DNA of 64,000 nucleotides, taken from positions 78,900-142,899 of the forward strand of contig JADGBH010000001.1 of the NCBI GenBank assembly GCA_015231595.1, written 5' to 3'. This stretch comes from Desulfobacterales bacterium. GTDB taxonomy: Bacteria > Desulfobacterota > Desulfobacteria > Desulfobacterales > JADGBH01. Under the pieces are notes generated by a model that was not told the DNA's origin, did not search any database, and saw only the letters and a list, made by a program, of their open reading frames with translations. Below, piece after piece: positions 1 to 9,400 of this stretch; position 1 is the first letter of the stretch, and each line of letters begins with the position of its first letter. A program made the translations under genes and the position numbers.

Positions 1-686
1 CCATTAAATTTTTCAGCAAGCTCAAGACCTTTTTTAAAAGTTCTATTAGCAACTAAAATTTCGGTTACTTTATTTTTTAAGAGATGCTCAACAGCCAGTT
101 CAGCCATTTCTCCTGCGCCGATTAAAAGAATTTTTTTATCATCTAACTCTCCAAAAATTTTTTTCGCAAGTTCCACGGCAGCATAACTTATTGATACGGC
201 ATTGTCACATATTCCAGTTTCTGTTCTAACTTTTTTTGCAACTGAAAAAGTTTTATGCATCAATTTATTTAAAATTACGTTTGAAGTCTTTTTTTGGGTA
301 GCTATTCGATAAGCTTCTTTTATTTGCCCTAATATTTGAGGCTCACCAACTATCAATGAATCAAGGCTTGAAGCAACTTTGAATATATGTCTTATAGCTT
401 CACTTCCTGTGTATGTATAAAGACAATTTTCAAACTCGCAAATCGCTAAATTTTTAGTTTTGGAAATATAATTTTTTAGTATTTCCATAGAACTGTCAGG
501 AGTTTTTGTTGTTATTAACAATTCAACTCTATTGCAGGTAGATAAAAGTAAAGCTTCGTCTATGTGAGGAATTTTTATAATATCTTCCAAAGCCAACATA
601 GCTTCCTCTTTGGAAAATGCTATACGCTCCCTAATCTGCACTGGAGCAGTTTTATGGTTCAGACCTGTAAGAACTATCTCAGACAT
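1..686 (-). CDS. hemA: Glutamyl-tRNA reductase, N-terminal part. The gene runs off the left edge of the window.
   Basis: Not in the ORF track because it is open at the edge. Manual minus-strand translation from the ATG at 686-684 gives MSEIVLTGLNHKTAPVQIRERIAF..LLLSTCNRVELL..SLIVGEPQILGQIKEAY..LLIGAGEMAELAVEHL. These are the GluTR catalytic-Cys (TCNR) and NADPH-binding signatures. Confidence 0.9.
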   Translation of the reverse strand, partial: MSEIVLTGLNHKTAPVQIRERIAFSKEEAMLALEDIIKIPHIDEALLLSTCNRVELLITTKTPDSSMEILKNYISKTKNLAICEFENCLYTYTGSEAIRHIFKVASSLDSLIVGEPQILGQIKEAYRIATQKKTSNVILNKLMHKTFSVAKKVRTETGICDNAVSISYAAVELAKKIFGELDDKKILLIGAGEMAELAVEHLLKNKVTEILVANRTFKKGLELAEKFN

Positions 687-795
687 AATGAATTCAACAC
701 TTTTTATATAACAAACTTATTAATGATAATAATATCAATAAGAAGATAAAAAAATCTCTACATTTAATATTTTTAGCCTTAGACACATATAATTA

Positions 796-817
796 TTATT
801 GATAAATTTATCAATAA
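796..817. promoter_or_regulatory. Perfect 22-bp palindrome TTATTGATAAATTTATCAATAA upstream of hemA. Candidate operator with a Fur-family-like half-site (TGATAAA).
   Basis: Read directly: 796-806 is the reverse complement of 807-817. It lies 110-130 nt upstream of the hemA ATG on the minus strand. Confidence 0.3.
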
Positions 818-835
818 ATCATCATAATACTTTCT

Positions 836-1654
836 TTACCATTTAGTGAACTCTCCATGATGCCCTCCAAAAAATAGGTTCACTCCAAGAAAAGTAAAAA
901 GGACTATAATAAAGCCAATTATAGCTAAAACAGCCGTTTTTCTACCTCTCCAGCCTACTGCTAATCGTTCATGGAGAATAATAGCATAGACTATCCAAGT
1001 AATTCCTGACCATACTATTTTAGGATCGTTTATAAAAAACTTTCCCCATAATAGGTTTGAATATATGAATCCTGTAACAAGTCCTAAAGTAATCATTAAA
1101 AAACCCAGCACAATTGAGAAATACCCGCCAGTGTCAAGGATTTCAAGAGAAGGAAGTCTTTTAAAAAAAAATCCTTTTTTTTTAGTTTTTATTTGCGTCT
1201 CATGAAGAAGATAAAATATCCCTATTCCACATGCAAGTGCCATTGAGCCTTCTCCAATAAACATACTGATAATATGAGAATGCAGCCAAAAATTAGAGAT
1301 ATTTTTCTGCTCAAAAGTTTCTCCATGTGTAATGTATGCGGCAATAGTGATAATAAGCAATAAAGGCGCTGTATATATTCCCAAAATTTTAATATTAAAT
1401 TTATATTGAAACAGTAAATAGACGAAAGCAACTGCCCAACTAAACATAATAAGATTTTCATTAAGACTATTTATAGGAAGGCAACCTGATTTAAAAATTT
1501 TTATTAATATAGAAATGAGGCTGAATAAAAAGCCGCATATCACCATTAAAATTCCAGTCTTTTGAAAAATTTCCTTTTGAATAAAAAGAAAGTAAAAATA
1601 CGCTACACTTCCTATAAGGTAGAATAAAATACTAATAATAAGGAAAGAATACAT
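836..1654 (-). CDS. Cytochrome c assembly / CcsA-ResC family membrane protein (HemX-like, hemA-linked)
   Basis: Polytopic membrane protein. The C-terminal region LLWGKFFINDPKIVWSGITWIVYAIILH resembles the Trp-rich WGxxWxWDPKE heme-handling motif. Its position directly upstream of hemA matches hemA-hemX/ccsA-like pairs. Confidence 0.65.
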   Translation of the reverse strand: MYSFLIISILFYLIGSVAYFYFLFIQKEIFQKTGILMVICGFLFSLISILIKIFKSGCLPINSLNENLIMFSWAVAFVYLLFQYKFNIKILGIYTAPLLLIITIAAYITHGETFEQKNISNFWLHSHIISMFIGEGSMALACGIGIFYLLHETQIKTKKKGFFFKRLPSLEILDTGGYFSIVLGFLMITLGLVTGFIYSNLLWGKFFINDPKIVWSGITWIVYAIILHERLAVGWRGRKTAVLAIIGFIIVLFTFLGVNLFFGGHHGEFTKW

Positions 1655-1695
1655 TCATTTAAACCTTAAATTTATAGTTACGCAAAAAATAGTAT

Positions 1696-2556
1696 TCACA
1701 TTGGATTAGCGTAGCAAAAAAGGCATTTATGGTTACATGGATGTTTTCGATATGAACCTATATCATTAGAAACCATGCAGTCGCATCCTTGTTTTGTCCT
1801 TTGCCCTTTATCTTTAGCTACAGAAATATTTCCTCCAAATAATTCCATCAAAAAATTATTGGGTATGCATGAACTTTTATTTATACCAGCCTCTTTAGGT
1901 AAGCAATCCATAATTTCTTTTTCACAACAAGTATATAGATTTATATTGCTCTTTGCTGTTATACTGGCCATTTGCATTAATATTTTAATTTTTTCTTCAA
2001 TTGAGGGGAATAAAAAACAAAAATCTTTTAATTTTCCAACCCTTTTCTGAATTTTTTTATAATCATTCATAAAGCTCGTTATGAGCCTTTTTATTCCTAA
2101 TTTTCCTGAATTTAAAACAATTTTTTCAAAATCTTTAAGATTGTCATAAGAAATACCTTCATGTTGATAGAAGCATAAAGGATCAAATCTTAAATTTATT
2201 ACTTTTGCTCCAAACAATTCAGACAAATTATAAAGCTGTTCTATTCTTTCATCTAATGGAGGCACGTTTGGCTCAAGAATTTTTGATTCGGAATTAATTG
2301 TAAAATTAAAAAAAAGATTATATCCCATTTCTTTTAATTTTTTTCCATAATCATTTTCCAAAAATACATTAAAATTTTTTGACCAAAAAACAATTGTGTG
2401 GACTTTATCAGGGCTGCTTGGCACCAATGATATTTTCCCGTTATAAGGATTTTCCACTTCAAAAAATTTAGAGTCAATCCTATTCATAAACCAGTCCATG
2501 AAAAAGGCAGGAATATCTGTTCTTCGAGAAGCTGAAATTACTATTTTGTCAGGCAT
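1696..2556 (-). CDS. DUF1848 family protein
   Basis: The N-terminus MPDKIVISASRRTDIPAFFMDWFMNRI and the Cys-rich C-terminus (CDCMVSNDIGSY..CNHKCLFCYANP) are typical of DUF1848. The track start (TTG at 2562) was moved to the ATG at 2556. Confidence 0.65.
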   Translation of the reverse strand: MPDKIVISASRRTDIPAFFMDWFMNRIDSKFFEVENPYNGKISLVPSSPDKVHTIVFWSKNFNVFLENDYGKKLKEMGYNLFFNFTINSESKILEPNVPPLDERIEQLYNLSELFGAKVINLRFDPLCFYQHEGISYDNLKDFEKIVLNSGKLGIKRLITSFMNDYKKIQKRVGKLKDFCFLFPSIEEKIKILMQMASITAKSNINLYTCCEKEIMDCLPKEAGINKSSCIPNNFLMELFGGNISVAKDKGQRTKQGCDCMVSNDIGSYRKHPCNHKCLFCYANPM

Positions 2557-2564
2557 TATCAATA

Positions 2565-3215
2565 TTATCCTTTAATTCCGACAGTAAACATAGAAATTAT
2601 AGCCAATGATATATTTCCAAGGGAATGAATAATTATAGGAACAAGCAATTTTTTTTCTACTTCATAGGATACAGCAAAAATTAATCCGCCTGCTATTTGA
2701 ATTACAGGAATTATAGAAAAATTTCCATGGGCAAACGCAAAAATTAATGTTGTAAATAGGATAGCAAATATTATTCCGAATTGCCTTAAAAAACCATAAA
2801 TTATCCCTCTAAAAAAAATTTCTTCAGCAATAGGAGCAATGATGCCACCAACGGCAAAAAATAAAATAATTCCAATTTTATCATTAGGCATGTAAATTCT
2901 TATAAGGCCAAAAGGATTCATTTTCAAAAATAAAAAAATTATAATCAAGCCAAAAATCGCTATAATTCCAAAGCCAATAGACCAAATAATTCCTTGTCTA
3001 AGGCCAGAAAATAAGGTATCTTGAGAAAATCCTATCGCTTTTAAATTCGAGTTAAAAGCAAATACAACTATTAAAATTAAATTTATTTGAACAATACGAA
3101 TTATTCCAACAATAGTTAAATTACTTAAATGCTTAAAAATTACTGGAAGCAACAGTTCAGTAAGAGCAACTAATGAAATGGAAATAAAAAATGTGCTTAA
3201 TTTGATTTTATTCAA
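2565..3215 (-). CDS. CPBP family (CAAX-type) intramembrane metalloprotease
   Basis: Multi-TM protein with the motifs PIAEEIFFRG, FAFAHG and HSLGN. Confidence 0.8.
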   Translation of the reverse strand: MNKIKLSTFFISISLVALTELLLPVIFKHLSNLTIVGIIRIVQINLILIVVFAFNSNLKAIGFSQDTLFSGLRQGIIWSIGFGIIAIFGLIIIFLFLKMNPFGLIRIYMPNDKIGIILFFAVGGIIAPIAEEIFFRGIIYGFLRQFGIIFAILFTTLIFAFAHGNFSIIPVIQIAGGLIFAVSYEVEKKLLVPIIIHSLGNISLAIISMFTVGIKG

Positions 3216-3262
3216 TAGATTCTGGCTTATGTTGTATTAAGTTACCTCTTCCAGGTTAACTT

Positions 3263-3700
3263 CTACTTTTTTGATGTCAAACAATTTATGCATATCCCAT
3301 CAAGCCTTAATTCAGTTTTATCAATTATTCCTGAAAAAAATTTTTCAAAAGAATCAATATTTATGCTTATGACTTCAGGGGATAAACATTCCATATTTCC
3401 ACATTTAGTGCAATAAAAATGAGGATGATGTTGATGATTTTTATTTGGAGCAAGACCAAAACGAAAACTTCTGTCTCCAGAGCTTATTTTTTCTAAAGCT
3501 TTATGCTCAACTAAAAGTTCAAGAATACGATAGACTGTAACTGAGTTAATATTTTGAGTTCTACTTATTATTTCTAATATTTCTTTTGCATTTAGAGGCT
3601 TTGTGCTGTTTCCTATGATTTGGAGAATAAGAATACGGTTTGCATTAACTTCAAGTCCTGAGTCTTGAAGAATTTCTTCATAATTGCATAGATGGCACAT
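3263..3700 (-). CDS. zur: Fur-family metalloregulator, probably Zur
   Basis: Winged-helix region (TVYRILELLVEHKALEKI), an HHPHFYCTKCG..ECL..CINC metal-site pattern, and co-orientation with znuABC immediately upstream. Confidence 0.8.
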   Translation of the reverse strand: MCHLCNYEEILQDSGLEVNANRILILQIIGNSTKPLNAKEILEIISRTQNINSVTVYRILELLVEHKALEKISSGDRSFRFGLAPNKNHQHHPHFYCTKCGNMECLSPEVISINIDSFEKFFSGIIDKTELRLDGICINCLTSKK

Positions 3701-3705
3701 AAAAA

Positions 3706-4548
3706 TTACTCCGGAATTTCAAAAATTTTTCTATTTTTAAAGCGGTCTAATGCCAATGAAATAAAAAAAGCAATACTTGCTATCATTATTATAGTCGCTC
3801 CTGAGGTTAAATTTAAAAAAAATGAAAAGATAAGGCCGACAATTATAAAAATCCAGTTTAATACTATAGAAAAAAACATCATTTTATAAAGGGAAACGCA
3901 GTATTTTTCAGAAATATAGGGAGGAATCGTAAGGAGAGCTATAACAAGTATCAACCCTACAACACGAATGATAATTACAACAGATATTGCAATCATCATG
4001 AGAAGCAAAAAATATAAAAATCTAATAGGAACGCCTCTTACTTGAGCAAATTCGATATCATACGACATTGCTAAAAAATTATTATAAAAATACCAAACAG
4101 TTAAAGCGATAAAAATCGTTAAAATAATCATAATATAAATATCAGTTCTGGGAACAGTTATCATACTTCCAAAAAGATAACTTATAAGGTCAACATTGTA
4201 TCCGGGCTTTAAGTCCGTAAGAATTATTCCAATGGCCATGCCTATTGCCCAAAGAACTCCAATGATAGTATCAGATCTATATTTTTCTTTAATGGAAATT
4301 GCCGCCATAAAAAAAGCATAGACAATTGAAAATCCTAAAGTTCCAAGAATATAAGGGAATCCAAAATAATAAGCTATTCCTATGCCGCCGTATGCAGAAT
4401 GAGCGATACCTCCTGCAATAAAGACAATACGATTAGAAACAACTAAGCTGCCTATGATTCCACAAGCGATCCCAGCAAGTAGTCCTGCAAATAAAGCGTT
4501 ACGCATAAATTCATATTGAAAAATGTCAAGCATAATTGAGAAAGCCAT
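3706..4548 (-). CDS. znuB: Zinc/manganese ABC transporter permease
   Basis: ABC-3 family polytopic permease (FMRNALFAGLLAGIACGIIGSLVV..). The track start at 4614 overlaps znuC by 58 nt. The ATG at 4548 (MAFSIMLDIF) lies just downstream of the znuC stop. Confidence 0.85.
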   Translation of the reverse strand: MAFSIMLDIFQYEFMRNALFAGLLAGIACGIIGSLVVSNRIVFIAGGIAHSAYGGIGIAYYFGFPYILGTLGFSIVYAFFMAAISIKEKYRSDTIIGVLWAIGMAIGIILTDLKPGYNVDLISYLFGSMITVPRTDIYIMIILTIFIALTVWYFYNNFLAMSYDIEFAQVRGVPIRFLYFLLLMMIAISVVIIIRVVGLILVIALLTIPPYISEKYCVSLYKMMFFSIVLNWIFIIVGLIFSFFLNLTSGATIIMIASIAFFISLALDRFKNRKIFEIPE

Positions 4549-4556
4549 TAAATAAA

Positions 4557-5303
4557 TTAATGTTTTTGAAAAACCCTGTGAGGAACTCCGTGGGCAATTA
4601 GTTCGACAGGGCAAGGAAGTATATCAAACATTTCATTAGTAAATTCCGAATCGTCATGGTAGTGAAGACATTGATTTACACATGCAACTGATTTTACATA
4701 CGTTGACAATACCATTAAATCATGACTAACGATTATAATGATTATACTTTCATTAAGTTTTTTTAAAAGATTATACAAATAGGTTTGTCCTTTTGAATCA
4801 ATACTTGATGTTGGTTCATCTAAAAAAAGTATTTTAGGTTCAGAAACAATGGATCTAGCAATAAAAACCCTTTGTCTTTGACCTCCTGAAAGCTCTCCTA
4901 TTCGGCTGTTTCTGAAACTCCACATTTCCACTTTTTCTAAAACTTCTTGCGCAGCCATTTTATCCTGTTTGTTATACCTTGACCACTTCATATTAGGCTT
5001 TAATCTTCCCATTAAAACGACATCGAAAACAGAAATAGGAAAATCTTTATTTATACTTGATTCTTGGGGTAAATATCCAATAAGAGAAGACACTTCACCT
5101 GGAGTTTTTCCAAAAATTTTTATTGATCCTCTGTTTGGTTTTAAAAGCCCTACCATTAGCTTTAGAAGCGTTGTTTTACCTCCACCGTTAGGGCCAATTA
5201 TAGCTAAAAACCCTTTTTCACTTACTTTTAAATTAACCTCTTTCAAAATAACATGCCCATTGTAAGAAAACCAAAGATCTTTAACTTCTATTATTGAATC
5301 CAT
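4557..5303 (-). CDS. znuC: Zinc/manganese ABC transporter ATP-binding protein
   Basis: Walker A GPNGGGKTT, signature LSGGQRQR, Walker B ILFLDEP. Confidence 0.9.
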   Translation of the reverse strand: MDSIIEVKDLWFSYNGHVILKEVNLKVSEKGFLAIIGPNGGGKTTLLKLMVGLLKPNRGSIKIFGKTPGEVSSLIGYLPQESSINKDFPISVFDVVLMGRLKPNMKWSRYNKQDKMAAQEVLEKVEMWSFRNSRIGELSGGQRQRVFIARSIVSEPKILFLDEPTSSIDSKGQTYLYNLLKKLNESIIIIIVSHDLMVLSTYVKSVACVNQCLHYHDDSEFTNEMFDILPCPVELIAHGVPHRVFQKH

Positions 5304-5305
5304 AA

Positions 5306-6160
5306 TTATTTTAATGCTTCCTTAAATTTAGATGCCGCATTTTTCATATTTTCGTACCAATTAGATGAAAGAGGATCAATAAAGACAATTTGGCCGCCTA
5401 TTGAATCAGATATTGTTTTTGCGCTTTTAGCTGAAAATTGGGGCTGAACAAAAATGATTTTAATATTATGCGCTTTAGCATGCTTTATAAGTTTTATTAA
5501 TTCATTTGGCTTTGGCTCCTTACCTTCCATTTCAACCGAAATTTCTATAAGCCCGTAAGCCTTTGCAAAATAGATCCATGCAGGATGGAAAGTCATAAAT
5601 TCGGTTTTATTTTTACCTATAAAAATGCCTCTTATTTCAGAATCAATATCTAAAAGTTCGATAATGAAGTTCTTATAATTTATCTCGTAAATAGTTTTGT
5701 TTTCAGGATTTTCTTCTATGAGAGCTGAAAGAATATTTCGAGCTTGAAGCATTACCAAAGGAGGTGACAACCATATATGAGGGTCAAAGCCTTCATGATT
5801 ATCGTTTAATTTAAATTTTTCAATTCCATCGTCAGTATAAACGATTTTTAACTTCGGATTAAGGCTTTGAAATCGAGGCAACCACACTTCTTCAAAGTTA
5901 ATTCCTATTGAAAAATATATTTTTGCTTTTGATAAGTCGGCCATTTGTTTTGGTTTGGGTTCATAATTGTGGGGATTTGCTCCAGAATCAATCATAACTG
6001 AAATATCAACGAAGTTTCCTCCAATTTTTTCTACAAAATATTTTTGAGGCGGAATGCTTGTAAAAACTAAAACTTTCGAAGATGATAAGACTATTGCGGG
6101 AAAAACTAATAATTCTATTACAAAAATCATATAATAGCTTAAAATTTTGTTAAGTTGCAT
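5306..6160 (-). CDS. znuA: Periplasmic metal (Zn/Mn) substrate-binding protein, cluster A-I
   Basis: Signal peptide plus ZnuA/TroA-like motifs (NPHNYEPKP, DPHIWLSP, FHPAWIYFAKAYGL). AAGGAA RBS upstream of the ATG. Confidence 0.85.
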   Translation of the reverse strand: MQLNKILSYYMIFVIELLVFPAIVLSSSKVLVFTSIPPQKYFVEKIGGNFVDISVMIDSGANPHNYEPKPKQMADLSKAKIYFSIGINFEEVWLPRFQSLNPKLKIVYTDDGIEKFKLNDNHEGFDPHIWLSPPLVMLQARNILSALIEENPENKTIYEINYKNFIIELLDIDSEIRGIFIGKNKTEFMTFHPAWIYFAKAYGLIEISVEMEGKEPKPNELIKLIKHAKAHNIKIIFVQPQFSAKSAKTISDSIGGQIVFIDPLSSNWYENMKNAASKFKEALK

Positions 6161-6375
6161 AATTTTATTCCTTTTTTTTAATTATGCTGTAAACATAATT
6201 GCAATTTAGTTGCATATATAAAAAAAAAGTTATTATGTCAACTATAGTTAAATTGTAACGCTATACAAATATAAATAATTATGCAAATTCTTTGCGTTTA
6301 GTTTCAAGGATTTTGTGTTGAGATATAAAAAAAATTTAACTTAATAACCACCTAACATTATTCTCTCTACAAAAA

Positions 6376-6412
6376 CAAAAAGAGTTATGCTCCATTAGCA
6401 TAACTCTTTTTA
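6376..6412 (-). terminator. Rho-independent terminator after the Ig-repeat lipoprotein gene (symmetric, possibly bidirectional)
   Basis: Stem 6381-6390 AGAGTTATGC pairs with 6398-6407 GCATAACTCT around a 7-nt loop. On the minus strand the hairpin is followed by TTTTGTTTTT. Confidence 0.7.
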
Positions 6413-6438
6413 TTATCATTTATTAAAAAATTTAGTTT

Positions 6439-9400
6439 TTAATATTCCTGACCACACGTTCCAGCTTCGCACATTGCTTTTGTACACAACAATGTTGCAT
6501 CATAGAAACTTTTTACTCCTCCAGCTTCAGCAGTAATTCTTACCTTAATGTTTTGTCCTAAGGTTTGAAGATAACTCATTTGCGTCTTTGCAATACCATT
6601 TCCAGTTTCTATTTTGTTTGCTATTACTGCACCATTTACAGGATCTAAAACTCCATTACCATTAATATCTTCTCCTGCATCAAGAATTCCATTCTTATTT
6701 TTATCCTCACTTTCAGTAAACTGAATCATACCAATAACCATACAATCGCTTCCATAAGTTACAGGATAAACACCATCAAGATTAACATCTGTAGTAAACC
6801 ATGTTATGCCTAAATCATTCTTACTTTTCCTAAAGAAAGGATTACCTTTAGTATATCCTAAATTTGATGGCTTTACATTGCCTCGAGCTGAACCGTAATA
6901 TCTATTCCAGCAACCTCCTATGCCGCCACAAACTCTGACCTCAACATTAATAAGGTTATTATCCTTATCTCTCCATTCACCTGGATTTAAAATCGCAAAG
7001 CTATCATTCTGTTTGCAACTATTTTCGGTTTCGGTCGTAGCATTCAAGCATATCGCTGGATTAAGAGGATCCGGTTCACAAGGTTGGGTACTGCTAGTTA
7101 TTCCTACTGCACCATTTCTTTCTTCATCAATGATTTGATTTGATGCGTTAACTGTCCAACTTTTAATTGCTGGACGATTAACATCATCAGCAACTATTGT
7201 TCGGTATTCATCAAAAGCAATGGAACTAACTGAAAAATATACAGGAGTCCCATCTACTACTGGGTTACCATTAATGTCGGTGACTACTGCGCTCACATCC
7301 ATAACCAGATGAGCACCATCAGCAGTTACTTTTTCCAAATTTGTTCCAACTCCAATATTAGCAGGAGGACCGGCTATAGTAATTTGCACAAAAAACTTAT
7401 CTTTAAAATCCGAGGAAACAGATGCAACAACTGTAAGTCGTTCAATTAAAGTAGTTGGCAAAGTTCCAGCGATAAATTTAACAATCGCCACACCAAAGTT
7501 ATCAGTCGTAACTGCACTATTTTCTAAATATTCGCCTCCGCCAGGAGCTCCTTTTTCAATTTTAAAGAAAACTTTTTGATTAGCAACAGGCTGATCAGTA
7601 GAGTCATATACATTAGCTTTTACTTCAGCAACGCCTTTTGTAGCAACAATACTTGGATTTACGCTTAAAACAATTTTATGCGCTAATTCTCCAACAAAAG
7701 AAACTTGCACAGATGCAGTCAATGTCATACCATCAACAGTAACCATCGCATTAACGACTGCAATACCAGATTGAAAGCCCGATTTTAGAGTTGCTGTCGC
7801 AGAGCCATTATTATCTGTTACGGCTGATTCTGTAATTGTTCCCAATGTAGTACTAAAACTTATTGATTCATTGCTTTTCGCTACGCCATCCTCTAAAAGT
7901 GTAGCTGTTATCGTCGCAGAACCTGTATTAACTTTAATAATCTCAGGATTAGCTGTTAAAGAAAGCTTATATTTTGTGAAATAAACAAATATCTTCGCTG
8001 TTGCACCGTTACCAGAAGCTCTAACAGAAAGTTTACCAGAATTAGATGAAACAGAATATGTAAACTGCCCTAAAGAATCTGTAGTTACTGTTGAAGTAGT
8101 TGAACCATAACTTAAAATTTTATTGGAAATTGGTTTTGTACCTGCTGTGTCTTCCGCAAGTTCCAATGTAACGGATCCAATCACATTATCAGTAAATATA
8201 GCTCCACCATTTGCATCTAAAGGAACACTCTCTCCGATAACATCAGGATTTATGGATTTATAGTATATTAAATATCCATTCGTTATAGGAGTTCCATCAC
8301 TACTTTCAACTTTAAATTTAAAATCCTTTAAAGGATTAATCAAATTAAATATAACTCTACCTTTATTGTCAGTAATGTCTTCTTTGCGAACTTCTAAACT
8401 AACGTTAGCATTAGAAATAACTTTTCCTGCCGCATCTTTTAAAACTCCGGTAATATTAGAAGTTCCTCCTGAATAAAGACTACTTGGATTGGCTGTCAAA
8501 TTTAATTCTATTCCTGTAAAAGCAATATACACCTTTCCAATAGCACCTTGACATTCAGCAGTAATTTCTACTTTAGGTACAAGCAATCTTTCACTTGTTA
8601 TTACTGCGATTACCTGACCATTTGCATCGGTAACTCCATTATTTTTAGCTATTATACTTCCATGGCTCGATTTAAATGATACTTGAACACCTTGAACTGC
8701 TTGATTATTAGAAGTTTTAGCAGTCGCAATAATTTCCATAGTACTTAAACCATCAGCTGGAAGAATATAATCAGCTGGTTTTAATTCAATCACATCTGGA
8801 GTTAAAGCCCCGCCTTCAAATTCAACTGAAACCATATTTGTGATACTATCAACAACAGCAGTTATTTTAGCAATGCCTGGAATTTTACCTGCAATCAATG
8901 ATACAGTTATTTTTCCTGTATCATCAGGAGTACCAATATATACAGAATCATAACCATTTCTAAAGGTTCCTAATGTTGTACTAAAATTAATTGGAGTACC
9001 AGCAACCACAGGAACCCCTGCTGAATCCATGATAGTCGCAGTAATAACAGTTGAGGAAACTCCATCTGATTTAATTTTAGCAGAAGATACAGTAAGAGTT
9101 AAACTTGCTGCTACTGGACGCGTGCATTCAAATACAACCGACGCAACATTTGTTATACCATTTGAAGAAACTGTTATCTGAGCTACACCGGGATCCTTTC
9201 CAGCATGTAATGATACATCAACTTTTCCGCTTTCATCAGGAGTAGCTACTGCTATAATTGTAGATCCATTTGAAAATTTTCCTAAAGAAGTTGTAACACT
9301 AGCGGAGGTTCCTTTTGGCACAGCTTTTCCTGAAGAATCCAACATTGTAACTGTAATAGTAGTAGATGATTTCTCATCTGCTTTAATCTTAGACTGCGCT

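Noticed and set aside
6180-6222. Possible Zur operator upstream of znuA: AATTATG-N7-CATAATT (6180-6200) and TGCAA-N5-TTGCA (6201-6215)
   Set aside because: The arms are short and the background is extremely AT-rich. There is no match to any Zur-box consensus I can recall (for example GTTATAWTATAAC-like). I cannot distinguish it from chance without comparative data.
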